From the NCBI GenBank assembly GCA_937923625.1, contig CALDTV010000003.1:59845-123844 (forward strand): a stretch of DNA of 64,000 bases, in the 5' to 3' direction. The stretch's first letter is position 1. Each line of letters starts with the position of its first letter. Positions 1 to 10,133 of this stretch are shown here, piece after piece. The translations under genes and the position numbers were made by a program. The notes beneath the pieces were generated by a model, which was not told the origin of the DNA, searched no databases, and was given only the letters and a program-made list of their open reading frames with translations. The stretch comes from an uncultured Alphaproteobacteria bacterium. GTDB lineage: Bacteria > Pseudomonadota > Alphaproteobacteria > Micavibrionales > Micavibrionaceae.

Positions 1-190
1 TAAAAGCCAATCCTTCATCTTTAAAGGGCGTCACTTCGACCAGTCGGGTTTGTTTGACGAATTTTTCTTCTGGCAGCAATTCAAGCTTTGCCAAAGGCGG
101 CACATTTTTAATCTCTAAATCAAGCGCCCAAATTGCCGATGGCCAAGCGCAGATAAGCAAAAGAGCTATTAATAATATTTTTTTCATCAT
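1..190 (-). CDS. hypothetical secreted protein, N-terminal part; the gene runs off the left edge of the window
   Basis: Minus-strand ORF open from ATG at about 188-190 (MMKKILLIALLLICAWPSAIWA..., a signal-peptide-like N-terminus) to position 1 with no stop. Absent from the ORF track because it is truncated by the window edge. The tracked + ORF 54..266 overlaps it and looks spurious. Confidence 0.4.
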   Translation of the reverse strand, partial: MMKKILLIALLLICAWPSAIWALDLEIKNVPPLAKLELLPEEKFVKQTRLVEVTPFKDEGLAF

Positions 191-327
191 TCTTTATTAT
201 GCCTTGTTTTGCCTTAAATTAAAAAACATCCCTTTGTTAATAGTTTGGTTTTTGCGGTTTTCATGACGCTACTATATGATTAACTATATTTATTAAATTA
301 ACTTTAATGGAAAAGAGCGCCTAAATT

Positions 328-2352
328 ATGGCCAAAAAGAGCGTAAAAGACAGTAACACCCCAGAAAACAGCCCTTCAAGCAGCTATGATGCGGCTGATA
401 TTGAGGTTTTGGAGGGGTTAGAGCCCGTTCGTAAGCGCCCGGGCATGTATATTGGTGGCACGGATGAGCGCGCCCTGCACCACCTTGTAGGGGAGATCTT
501 TGACAACTCGATGGATGAGGCCGTTGCGGGGCACGCCAATCGCATTGAAATGCATTTACATGCCGATAGCAGCGTCACAATAACAGATAACGGCCGCGGC
601 ATCCCCGTGAATGAACACCCTAAATTTCCAGGAAAATCTGCGTTGGAGGTGATTTTAACCACCCTACACTCTGGCGGTAAATTTAGTGGTAAAAACTACG
701 AAACAGCTGGCGGACTTCATGGTGTAGGGATTTCGGTTGTAAATGCTCTCTCTGATAAAATGTGGGTAGAGGTTGCGCGCGAAAAAGAGCTTTTCAAACA
801 AAGCTTCAGCCGTGGTCATGCCACAACAAAATTAGAAAGCTTAGGCACAGTCAATAACCGTCGCGGAACAACTGTTTATTTCCATCCTGATCCAGAAATT
901 TTTGGCAAAGAGGCAAAGCTTAAAGCTTCCCGTCTTTATCAAATGGCTCGATCAAAGGCGTATTTATATCGCGGTGTTAAAATTAAATGGTCATGCGACA
1001 AAGAGCTTATTCAGCCCGAAAGCAAAGTGAAAGAGGAGGAGCTTTTTCATTTTCCAAATGGCTTAGAGGATTTTTTAAGCTCCGTTCTTGAAGGGCGCCC
1101 AACCATTACCACCCGCCCCTTCGCAGGACAAACAGACTTGCCCGATGGCAATGGCCGCGTTGAATTCGCGATTGCATGGCCGCAACGTGGCGAAGGTTTC
1201 ATGAAATCATATTGTAACACCATCCCCACACCACAAGGGGGGTCACACGAGGCAGGCATGCGCTCCGCGATGCTTCGCGGGTTCAAAGCATATGGTGATA
1301 TGATTGGTAACAAGAAAGTAGGCATTATTACTGCCGAAGATATTTTTGGCGATGCTGCTGCGCTTTTATCGGTTTTTATTGGTGATCCACAATTCCAAGG
1401 ACAAACAAAAGATAAATTGGCGACCGCCGCCGCAACACGTTGGGTCGACACAGCCATAAAAGATTATTTTGATCATTGGCTAACCGAAGATCCCGGCGCG
1501 AGTAAATTATTGTTGGAAAGCATTATTCTCACCGCCGAAGAACGCCAACGTCGTAAAGCCGACAAAGCCACCTTACGCAAATCTGCCACGCGCAAATTAC
1601 GTTTACCTGGAAAATTAGCGGATTGCTCCCGCAAGAATGCCGATGATACTGAGTTATTTTTGGTTGAGGGTGACTCTGCGGGCGGCTCTGCGAAGCAAGG
1701 GCGTATGCGCGAAACACAAGCCATTTTGCCTTTACGAGGTAAAATTTTAAACGTTGTTAGCGCCAGCCGCGATAAGATAAAAGCCAACCAAGAAATTCAA
1801 GATTTAATCCAAGCTATTGGCTGCAACATCGGCAAAGATTTTGATATTTCCAAATTACGCTATGAGCGCATTATTATCATGACAGATGCGGATGTTGATG
1901 GCGCACACATCGCCGCCCTTCTTGTTACATTTTTCTATTCACAAATGCGTGCCTTAATTGAAAACGGTCACCTTTATATTGCGCAACCGCCACTTTATCG
2001 TTTGGTCAGCGGGAATTTATCTGAATACGCCCAAGATGATGAGCATAAAGATAAGCTGATGGAAACAGTATTTAAGGGCAAAAAGAAAGTTGACGTTAGC
2101 CGCTTTAAAGGCCTTGGTGAAATGCCTGCCGCGCAGCTAAAAGAAACAACAATGAATCCAAAATCACGCGTTCTATTACGCGTCACACTGCCCTTGGCAC
2201 AAAGCATGAGCGCCATTGACGATGATGGCGAAAGCGGTACAACCTTGGCTGAGGTTGATGATCTTGTTGAACGCCTGATGGGTAAAAACGCCGAAAGTCG
2301 TTTTAACTTTATCCAAGATAACGCAGAATTCGTTGAAGATTTAGACATATAA
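328..2352 (+). CDS. parE: DNA topoisomerase IV subunit B (ParE)
   Basis: GHKL ATPase motifs (GGLHGVGISVVNALS), TOPRIM EGDSAGGS and PLRGKILNV are visible. At 674 aa it is the short ParE form rather than the roughly 800 aa GyrB form. SD-like GGAAAAGAG sits upstream. The partner parC lies at the other end of the window. Confidence 0.88.
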   Translation: MAKKSVKDSNTPENSPSSSYDAADIEVLEGLEPVRKRPGMYIGGTDERALHHLVGEIFDNSMDEAVAGHANRIEMHLHADSSVTITDNGRGIPVNEHPKFPGKSALEVILTTLHSGGKFSGKNYETAGGLHGVGISVVNALSDKMWVEVAREKELFKQSFSRGHATTKLESLGTVNNRRGTTVYFHPDPEIFGKEAKLKASRLYQMARSKAYLYRGVKIKWSCDKELIQPESKVKEEELFHFPNGLEDFLSSVLEGRPTITTRPFAGQTDLPDGNGRVEFAIAWPQRGEGFMKSYCNTIPTPQGGSHEAGMRSAMLRGFKAYGDMIGNKKVGIITAEDIFGDAAALLSVFIGDPQFQGQTKDKLATAAATRWVDTAIKDYFDHWLTEDPGASKLLLESIILTAEERQRRKADKATLRKSATRKLRLPGKLADCSRKNADDTELFLVEGDSAGGSAKQGRMRETQAILPLRGKILNVVSASRDKIKANQEIQDLIQAIGCNIGKDFDISKLRYERIIIMTDADVDGAHIAALLVTFFYSQMRALIENGHLYIAQPPLYRLVSGNLSEYAQDDEHKDKLMETVFKGKKKVDVSRFKGLGEMPAAQLKETTMNPKSRVLLRVTLPLAQSMSAIDDDGESGTTLAEVDDLVERLMGKNAESRFNFIQDNAEFVEDLDI

Positions 2353-2361
2353 TCCCTCCTC

Positions 2362-3573
2362 ATGAAACGTCTTGTCTTTTTTCTAATCACTACATGTTTC
2401 GTTTTTATTGCGCTGACATATTTTGTTGCTATCCCAAAAGCCAAAGACAAAATACAAACAACGTTACAAAGCATTGGCTTTTCAAAAGCTGAAGCGACAA
2501 ATATTGACTTTTCACTGAAGGGCGCCAGTATTGAAAAAATAAATTTTGGCACAGGGGGATTTAACTATATTGAAGGCCTTAAAGCAGAAATATTCTGGCC
2601 AACTTTTTTAATTAATCCAACATTAGACACATTAACAATTGATAAAATACAAATTATTAGCGGCTCTAACCCTTATAAAAATTTGATGCGGTTAAGATAC
2701 CGATTAACGCCCAGCAAAATAAATACGATTGATCTAAAAAAACTATCTATCAACAAAATAATTTGGGATGTCCCTTTAGCAAAATCAGCGATACGCTTTG
2801 AAGCTAACGCCCAAATTGAACAAGAGGATATAAACAAAAAAATTATTTTCTCCGTTAAAACAATACAGCATGAATTGGCTTTCGAATCCCAATGGCAGGG
2901 TTTTATTAATGCCGACAATCATTTTAAGCTTGATGGCACATTTGAAAGGTTGAAAATTAACTTCGCCCCCCTTCGTATCAACAGAGGGGTCGGCTGGGTT
3001 TCTTATAGTAATACACAAGGTGAAGATAATTTTTCTGGAGAGATTGAGGCAGGAAGCGGTTCGCTCTTTAAAGTGCCACTTAAAAATATTGCCGCAACAA
3101 TCGGACAAAACAAAGACACGCATCCGCTTTTGTTTAGAGCAGAAGCCGCAGGCATTGAAGATGTGCGTTTAAGCGCCGATGTCACTATTTCACAACACAC
3201 CAACAAGCAAAACATGCAGGCTAATTTAAACATTGAGAATTTAAGAGATTTCGTATCTTTTCTGGAAGAAAAAGAATTAATCCAAAACACGCCCATCGTG
3301 GGCAATGATAAAACAAAAGTAAATTTGATATTTTTGCCTGAGCGAAAATTTGCGAATGGCCCTTTGCCTTTTCAAGCGAGTGTCACCCGCCAGAACAAAG
3401 CAGAGCTTGATGGCACATTATTACTTTATCCAGATACATATGACATGCGTGGAACGTTAAATAGTAATAACGAATTTATTGATATTTTAAGGTCAATGAC
3501 TTCCTTAAAAGACAGCCAAGTTAATGATAATGTCATTCGGATAGATGAAAACTTACGGTCTTTTCTTCCCTAA
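2362..3573 (+). CDS. hypothetical membrane-anchored protein (N-terminal TM helix, Asn/Lys/Ile-rich, AT-rich gene)
   Basis: 403 aa ORF starting 10 nt after the parE stop. Single N-terminal hydrophobic helix (LVFFLITTCFVFIALTYFVAI). I recognise no domain. Confidence 0.55.
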   Translation: MKRLVFFLITTCFVFIALTYFVAIPKAKDKIQTTLQSIGFSKAEATNIDFSLKGASIEKINFGTGGFNYIEGLKAEIFWPTFLINPTLDTLTIDKIQIISGSNPYKNLMRLRYRLTPSKINTIDLKKLSINKIIWDVPLAKSAIRFEANAQIEQEDINKKIIFSVKTIQHELAFESQWQGFINADNHFKLDGTFERLKINFAPLRINRGVGWVSYSNTQGEDNFSGEIEAGSGSLFKVPLKNIAATIGQNKDTHPLLFRAEAAGIEDVRLSADVTISQHTNKQNMQANLNIENLRDFVSFLEEKELIQNTPIVGNDKTKVNLIFLPERKFANGPLPFQASVTRQNKAELDGTLLLYPDTYDMRGTLNSNNEFIDILRSMTSLKDSQVNDNVIRIDENLRSFLP

Positions 3574-3588
3574 CATAAATTTATTTCT

Positions 3589-4311
3589 TTAAGGATATAT
3601 ACACGAATCGAATGTGACCTTGGCGAAAGAACGCGCGCCAGATTCTACGGAAAAACGATATTCGCGCCCCCCCACAACAACAGAATGACGAATGGGCAAA
3701 ATACCTTGTTTTGTTTCAACTTGTCCCCCGTTCTCTATCTTTAACTGCACCATCTGCGCGGGATCATACCAAGCTTCTGGCGCATTTTTTTCGTTACGCG
3801 CAGACACACCAACACCTGTAATAATAATGCTACCATTTGCAATACTGACTGAGCTTTTAGCTCCCTTATTCGCAGGAGTCGCAACCACAAATCTTTTTGT
3901 TTCTGGATCAACACAGCCCGTTGGTGGGCGTGCAGAGCGAATAACAAATGATAAACGTTCTGGATCCATGCCTTGATCTAATTGCTCGCGCACTAAAGCA
4001 ACCAAATTTTGCATCGGCCCTGCAGGCATAATACTTTCAACTTGTTCTTGAAGCTGCTCGTAACGTTTATTCGCTGTTTGCGCCGAGGCACTTAACTCAG
4101 TCACTTGCTTTTGCAAAGCGTCACGTTCTTCAATAAGCGAAGCATTTGCAGTAGTCAAAACAATCGATTTTTGCGCCGCAAATTGTTTTCCCAGCCAAAA
4201 CCCAATAAGGACTGACAGCATGATAATGGCAAGCACACCAAAGGTTGCAGATAATCTCTGCGCCGCGCGTTCTTTGTAGCGTGTATGTGGATTATAATTT
4301 CTTAACGACAT
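3589..4311 (-). CDS. hypothetical bitopic membrane protein with a coiled-coil segment
   Basis: 240 aa. TM helix FGVLAIIMLSVLIGFWLG followed by a coiled-coil-like stretch (EERDALQKQVTELSASAQTANKRYEQLQEQV) and a C-terminal globular part. Confidence 0.5.
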   Translation of the reverse strand: MSLRNYNPHTRYKERAAQRLSATFGVLAIIMLSVLIGFWLGKQFAAQKSIVLTTANASLIEERDALQKQVTELSASAQTANKRYEQLQEQVESIMPAGPMQNLVALVREQLDQGMDPERLSFVIRSARPPTGCVDPETKRFVVATPANKGAKSSVSIANGSIIITGVGVSARNEKNAPEAWYDPAQMVQLKIENGGQVETKQGILPIRHSVVVGGREYRFSVESGARSFAKVTFDSCIYP

Positions 4312-4337
4312 AATCTAAAAAAAATTTAGCCCCTCCG

Positions 4338-6224
4338 TTAAAGGCCATAGTAAAGTTTCGCTATGAATATATAGGCAATCCACAGCACGAGCACAAGAGG
4401 CACACCTGCCTTCATGAAGTCACGGAAACGGTAATGCCCTGGGCCCATAACAAGTAAATTTGTTTTATAACCGATGGGGGACGCAAAAGAACAATTTGCG
4501 GCAAAAATCACCGTAATTGCAAAAACAATGGGATCTGCCCCCATATTTACCGCCATATTCATCGCGATAGGTGTGAACAAAATAGCACACGCATTATTAG
4601 ACAAAATATTGGTACAGAGCGCGACAATGATAAATAGCAATGCAGCCATATAAAGCGGTTTATCCGCAAAAGGCGCCTGAAGCATTAAATCTGCGATAAA
4701 TGTTGCCCCGCCAGAAGCTTGTAAAGCCACGCCAAGCGCCAGCATCGAGCCAACAAGAAGCAGAATCTTCCGATCAATTGCACGTGTTGCTTGCCTGATA
4801 TTCAAACATCCTGTTGCGACCAACAAAACCGCGCCTGTAATTGATGCCACAGCAATAGATAATATTCCTGTTGATGCAAGTAAGATTGTAATAATGAAAA
4901 TAAGCCCCGCAATCGGCGCTTTCTTTGGCAAGGGCAATTCTTTTTTCGATCCTGATAAAACAATGACATCCGTCTGGCCTTTGCTACGGATATCATTAAT
5001 TGAGCCTTGCGCACCTGCAACCAGTAAAACGTCACCAGGCTCTAAACGAATACGCCCCAATGTCCGACGAACGACACGTGCGCGACGTTGAATCCCCAGA
5101 ACGACAATGCCGTATTGGCGTTGGAAATCGACTTGATCAATCGTCATTTCAACAAGACGTGAAGCAGGCGGGATCATCAACTCTGCTAAAATTCTTGTTT
5201 CTTCTACTGTTGTTTCAAGGTCATTCTTTGCCTCGTCATCCCCGTCTTCTTCTTCAGTACCATCAATAACTTTGACTTCTTCTTCAGACAGCAAAAACCC
5301 TGGAAATTTTGATAATACATCAGCCAAAGACTGCCTCGTCGCGGCAGCAATCATAATATCATTTGCTTCAATTGTGTAACCTTCAAAGGGCGGAAGAATT
5401 AAATGTCCTTTACGTTGAATTAAGCGAACATCCAACTCTGGCAATGCAGGAAAACGACCATTAACACATTCCATCCCTACTAAAATACTATCCGCCGTTA
5501 CATCTAACTCAGCGACAAACTCTTTTTCATTGCCTTCAATGGCTTGCTTTAATGACTGACGTTCTGGCACCAATCTTGGTAAAATGATTACCACATAAAC
5601 CAGCCCCACTGCGGCCAAAATTGCGCCAGGCACCAGAAAATCAAAAAATGCCAGAGGCTTATAACCAAGCTCCACCATCGCACTAGAAACCAAAAGGTTT
5701 GTGGACGACCCCACAAGAGTCATCATTCCCCCTAAAATCGCGGCAAAACTTAACGGCATCATTGTCTTACTGTCAGATATTCCTGCGGAAATGCCAATCG
5801 CTTGCATGATCGGGATCGCCAGAATAACAAGCGGCGTATTATTTAAAAACGCACTAAACCCTAAAACGAACAATAAAATACCGAAAATGGCTATTTTGGG
5901 TGGAAGATATTTATTACCAACAAAGAACTTAATCAACGGGCGCAATGAATCTGTCCTAATAATTGCTTGCCCCATAACAAGCAAAGCCAGTACCGCCAAA
6001 AGAGCTGGATTGGCAAAGCCTGCCAGCAAATGATAAGCGTCCAACTGGTTACGTCCATTAACATCGGGGAGTGGAAAAATTTGCCCAAACAAAAGAAGCG
6101 ACGTTAAAATCCCAATACTCGTTACCTCTAAAGGGTATTTTTCGCGCGCGAAAAAATAAACTGCCGCTGCGGTGACAAGCAACACGAACCACATATGATA
6201 GCTACTATCAATAACCAATCCCAC
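4338..6224 (-). CDS. SLC13/DASS-family anion permease with central tandem TrkA-C domains
   Basis: 628 aa polytopic protein with two hydrophobic halves separated by a soluble region of about 200 aa (two TrkA_C-like repeats), the architecture typical of YfbS-like SLC13 permeases. Confidence 0.75.
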   Translation of the reverse strand: MGLVIDSSYHMWFVLLVTAAAVYFFAREKYPLEVTSIGILTSLLLFGQIFPLPDVNGRNQLDAYHLLAGFANPALLAVLALLVMGQAIIRTDSLRPLIKFFVGNKYLPPKIAIFGILLFVLGFSAFLNNTPLVILAIPIMQAIGISAGISDSKTMMPLSFAAILGGMMTLVGSSTNLLVSSAMVELGYKPLAFFDFLVPGAILAAVGLVYVVIILPRLVPERQSLKQAIEGNEKEFVAELDVTADSILVGMECVNGRFPALPELDVRLIQRKGHLILPPFEGYTIEANDIMIAAATRQSLADVLSKFPGFLLSEEEVKVIDGTEEEDGDDEAKNDLETTVEETRILAELMIPPASRLVEMTIDQVDFQRQYGIVVLGIQRRARVVRRTLGRIRLEPGDVLLVAGAQGSINDIRSKGQTDVIVLSGSKKELPLPKKAPIAGLIFIITILLASTGILSIAVASITGAVLLVATGCLNIRQATRAIDRKILLLVGSMLALGVALQASGGATFIADLMLQAPFADKPLYMAALLFIIVALCTNILSNNACAILFTPIAMNMAVNMGADPIVFAITVIFAANCSFASPIGYKTNLLVMGPGHYRFRDFMKAGVPLVLVLWIAYIFIAKLYYGL

Positions 6225-6240
6225 AAAAAATCCTTATTCT

Positions 6241-8661
6241 TTATTCGTTGCTTTCAAGCAAATCAAAATCATCTTCTTCATCATCGTCGTCATCATCCGA
6301 GCCAAAACTAATGCCAGATGTTTCAAACTCCCCAAGGTTTTTCAGACCGATACGCGCGAAGATTTCCGTATCACTATCCCCTGTTGAGTCACGGGTCAAA
6401 ACTCTTCGTCCCGTAAGCCCAAAATTAACGCATTGTCCCGTATAATCCAAGCCATAAGATAAACGTCTTAATCCTTCGGTATTATCGGCTAAATCATATT
6501 GTGCGCCCGTAAAAACGCTCCATTGATCATTAATGTTATAACGTGCGGTTCCAAGGATTTGCTCACGACTTTCTGTAAAATCAGTGCCTTGCAACGCGTC
6601 TATGTAAAAATATCGCGTGCTTAATGATAAATCACCGATCTTGCCACTGGCATCCAGTTCATGCCGTTGCGAAGCTAAATTATTATTTTCAAGCTGAACA
6701 TCGTAATTCAAATCCAAGCGCGGCCCTAATTGCAACGAAACATTCCCGACAAAATCCGATCTTTGTTCTGATAAACCAGAACCATCAGGGAATGGATTAT
6801 CATCTTCATCAAAGCGATAACTCTGACCAAAGAAAATTTGCCCGTTATAGCCATTGTCCCCATACAAACCTGAACGCACACCATAGGTCGCGTGGGATCT
6901 ATCCTCTATACGATCATAACCAGGAAAACGATTAGCGTTAAATAAATTTGTAGAATCCAAGAAAACATCCAAACTATCTTCATTCGGAATCTCATCATCA
7001 TTATCCAAATTTGTTGCTGCCGTTATCGACACCACGGGCTCGACTACCATTTGTGATTTTTTAAAGTTTTTTGAAAATGGTATAGATGTTTCTAAATTTG
7101 CGTTCGCAAAACCGCGCACAGCGGAAAGATCATTATCTTTTGCGGTGGGGTTTTCAGATAGATCAATATCAGTAACCTTATAGCCATCCCCACGCACCGA
7201 TAAATCTAATGTATTCACTAAGCCCCAATGACTAACGTGACGCTTTTGCCATCCTGCTTCGATTGTTCCACGCGCTAGATCCTGTTCACTGCCCTCTCGT
7301 TGCAAGGCCAATCCTGACAACTCTAGACTGCCACGTCCGCCCAATAATGAATTAGGATTACCCAAAAAGCGTGTATATATTTCGGGAAGAATATTGGGTT
7401 GATCTTCTGCACGATCACTTACTCTAATATCTTTAAACCCAATCAAGCGCGCTGTCCCATAATTGCGCCCAGAAAAGCGTTCGACATATACTTCATTCTC
7501 CAGCACATCCTCATTAGAAATGTTATATTGCCGCAAATATTGTTCATCAGTGACAATTTCTAAACCTGTTCCCGCACGCCATTTATCATTTATATTCCAC
7601 AGACCATCTAAAAATAAATGCCCACGGAATTCATCGTCTTGTGCGACGTCGTCATCATTCACGCGGTCAATACGCCCTGCATATGTTGTACCGCCACTTA
7701 AAACAAATTGCGCATCCCGAAAGCGATGGCGGTACTGCCCCGTTATAAGCGGTGTTTCATTGGTCATGACCATCGCGCCAATTGTTGCGTCTTTGTTTGG
7801 CGCGATATTCCAATAATATTCCTGCTGATAAAACGCCCCAAGATCGCTATCAAAGCCGACCGTGGGCGTTAGAAAACCACTTTTACGCTTTATCGTTCCA
7901 TCCGCATGAGAGAAATATGGCATATACAAAACAGGCAACCCACCAACCTCAAAGGTCGCATCATCATAAGAAATACGCTGTTCATCTTTATGATGCGTCA
8001 CTTCACGCGCCTTGATTTGCCAGATAGGATCTTTTGAAGGATCTTTCTTACATGGCTCACAAGCCGTGTAACTCGCCTTGTTTAAAATGATTTTAAGATC
8101 GGCAATTTTTTCTGCTTGTTGCGCCGTGAATCTACCGCCATCTGCCAGCACCCCGCGCAAGCCGTTGACGAAACCATTTTTCATTTTATCTTCTAATTCA
8201 ACACGATCCGCAAAATAAGTATCCCCAGTGACTTCGTTTAAAACAACATCGCCCTCTGCAATAAGCTTGTCTTGCGGCAAGTTATAAGAAATTTTATTTG
8301 CCCGTAAAATACGTCCCGCTTGCACCAATTCAATATTACCGATGGCTGTTACAATGCCCGCATTCTCATCATAGGTCACTTCATCTGCCAGCATATCAAC
8401 AGGCTCATCCGAAGGCGCGAAAGGATCAAGCGCTTTTTTTTGAGAGTTCGCCGCAACCGACGATGCCGCGATAAGCGCTTGCGAAGAAACAACTGTATTG
8501 TCAACGCGCGTTATTTCAATTTTCTTGGCGTCAACATTCTTGATCGCACCTTCTTTCGCCCAAGCGACATTATCACCTGCAAAAACGCAGGCGGTGATCA
8601 TTCCTAAAATGAACCGTTGCCGTAAAATTTTATCGCTCCTTTGGTCAACAAGAAATGCCAT
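6241..8661 (-). CDS. lptD: LPS-assembly outer membrane protein LptD (OstA/Imp)
   Basis: 806 aa. Signal peptide; N-terminal OstA-like domain (DMLADEVTYDENAGIVTAIGNIELVQAGRILRANKISYN...LIAEGDVVL); long Tyr/Gly-rich beta-barrel region. C-terminal poly-acidic tail. Confidence 0.82.
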   Translation of the reverse strand: MAFLVDQRSDKILRQRFILGMITACVFAGDNVAWAKEGAIKNVDAKKIEITRVDNTVVSSQALIAASSVAANSQKKALDPFAPSDEPVDMLADEVTYDENAGIVTAIGNIELVQAGRILRANKISYNLPQDKLIAEGDVVLNEVTGDTYFADRVELEDKMKNGFVNGLRGVLADGGRFTAQQAEKIADLKIILNKASYTACEPCKKDPSKDPIWQIKAREVTHHKDEQRISYDDATFEVGGLPVLYMPYFSHADGTIKRKSGFLTPTVGFDSDLGAFYQQEYYWNIAPNKDATIGAMVMTNETPLITGQYRHRFRDAQFVLSGGTTYAGRIDRVNDDDVAQDDEFRGHLFLDGLWNINDKWRAGTGLEIVTDEQYLRQYNISNEDVLENEVYVERFSGRNYGTARLIGFKDIRVSDRAEDQPNILPEIYTRFLGNPNSLLGGRGSLELSGLALQREGSEQDLARGTIEAGWQKRHVSHWGLVNTLDLSVRGDGYKVTDIDLSENPTAKDNDLSAVRGFANANLETSIPFSKNFKKSQMVVEPVVSITAATNLDNDDEIPNEDSLDVFLDSTNLFNANRFPGYDRIEDRSHATYGVRSGLYGDNGYNGQIFFGQSYRFDEDDNPFPDGSGLSEQRSDFVGNVSLQLGPRLDLNYDVQLENNNLASQRHELDASGKIGDLSLSTRYFYIDALQGTDFTESREQILGTARYNINDQWSVFTGAQYDLADNTEGLRRLSYGLDYTGQCVNFGLTGRRVLTRDSTGDSDTEIFARIGLKNLGEFETSGISFGSDDDDDDEEDDFDLLESNE

Positions 8662-8738
8662 AGAAAAGTGGCTAAGACGTTATGATTCTTCGTTAAATTG
8701 GTGATTTGGTCAAGGGTTTTGACGTATTAAGTTGAGTA

Positions 8739-10064
8739 TTATCGCAAAAAGGCCGGAATATCATCCCCAAAGCTATCTCCCATATCGTCATCATCATGGT
8801 GCTTTTTGGGATTATTTTTGGGCGCGTTCTTTTGTGCCCCTTGGGAGGGAGCGTCTTTCTTATGCTTTGCGGGAGACGCATCAGAGTGACTTTTTGAAGG
8901 TTTAGTCGCAGATTTGCCAGAAGGTTTTTGCCTGCCATCGCTAGATTTAAGGTTTATTTCCACTGGCTCAAACTGGCGTTTAATCAATTTTTGAATGGCA
9001 TCCATGAATTTTTCATCATTTTTGGTCGCAAACATCCATGCGCGCCCCTTGCTACCCGCACGTCCCGTACGACCAATACGGTGGACATAATCATCGGCGC
9101 TAAAAGGAACATCATAATTAAAAACATGCGACACCCCTTTTACATCCAAGCCACGGGCGGCAACGTCACTACACACTAACAAAGTGATTTCATCATCTTT
9201 AAAATTTTGCAACGTTTCGGTTCGTTTTGATTGCACCATATCACCGTGTAAGCCCGCAGCCGCATATCCTTTATTATTCAAGAACTTAGACAGCGCATCT
9301 ATATCTTTTTTACGGTTTAAAAAGATAAAAGCATTTTTGACTTTTTCTTGTTTCAACAGCTTGTGCAGTAAATCCATTTTTGCCTTAGGCGCACATTCAA
9401 CCAAAAACTGCTCCACTGTTTCCGCAGGCGACGCAGCGGCAGCCACAGAAACATGCTTTGGATTGCTTAAGAATTTTTCCGTTAGCTTTTTAATCTCATT
9501 TGGCATTGTCGCAGAAAACAACAATGTTTGACGCATCGGCGGAATAAGCGAGACAATCTTTTCGATATCAGGAATGAAACCCATATCTAGCATTCTATCT
9601 GCTTCATCAATCACCAAAATTTTAATATCATTTAATAAGATCGAGCCCCGTTCGAATAAATCTAGCAAACGACCAGGGGTCGCAATAAGTACATCAACCC
9701 CCTGCTCTAATAGTTTCTTTTGCTCAAGCATTGACTCACCACCAACCAATAGAGCCTTGTTTAACTTATGATATTTGCCGTAGTCATCAAAATTTTCAGC
9801 GACCTGCGCGGCTAATTCACGCGTTGGCGCTAACACAAGTGAGCGCGGCATACGCATCTTGGCGCGACCACCACTTAAAGCGTCAATCATCGGCAAGGTG
9901 AAGCTGGCGGTTTTACCTGTTCCTGTTTGCGCCAAACCAACAACATCACGTGTCATCTGGATCAACGGAATAGCCTTTGCCTGAATCGGGGTTGGACTAT
10001 CATAGCCCTTCTCTTTTACGGCTTTTAATGTTTTTGGGTCGAGCCCCAGATCGTCAAACTTCAT
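8739..10064 (-). CDS. rhlE: DEAD-box ATP-dependent RNA helicase (RhlE-like)
   Basis: Q-motif; motif I AQTGTGKT; DEAD box (VIDEADRML); SAT; HRIGRTGRAG. Basic, low-complexity C-terminal tail. Confidence 0.88.
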   Translation of the reverse strand: MKFDDLGLDPKTLKAVKEKGYDSPTPIQAKAIPLIQMTRDVVGLAQTGTGKTASFTLPMIDALSGGRAKMRMPRSLVLAPTRELAAQVAENFDDYGKYHKLNKALLVGGESMLEQKKLLEQGVDVLIATPGRLLDLFERGSILLNDIKILVIDEADRMLDMGFIPDIEKIVSLIPPMRQTLLFSATMPNEIKKLTEKFLSNPKHVSVAAAASPAETVEQFLVECAPKAKMDLLHKLLKQEKVKNAFIFLNRKKDIDALSKFLNNKGYAAAGLHGDMVQSKRTETLQNFKDDEITLLVCSDVAARGLDVKGVSHVFNYDVPFSADDYVHRIGRTGRAGSKGRAWMFATKNDEKFMDAIQKLIKRQFEPVEINLKSSDGRQKPSGKSATKPSKSHSDASPAKHKKDAPSQGAQKNAPKNNPKKHHDDDDMGDSFGDDIPAFLR

Positions 10065-10133
10065 ATTACTTTTTCAGATTTTTTTAATTAAGCCATATTC
10101 ATGCTGGCCAACAGCAGAGTAATAACAGAGTGG

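Noticed and set aside
54-266. Tracked + ORF (70 aa) at the left edge
   Set aside because: It lies antisense to and inside a better minus-strand ORF with a signal peptide that runs off the window edge. It also has low-complexity composition and no RBS.
6248-6445. Tracked + ORF with a poly-Ser run (MLSSKSKSSSSSSSSSS...)
   Set aside because: It is the antisense reading of the GAT/GAA repeat encoding the LptD acidic tail. Simple-sequence artefact.
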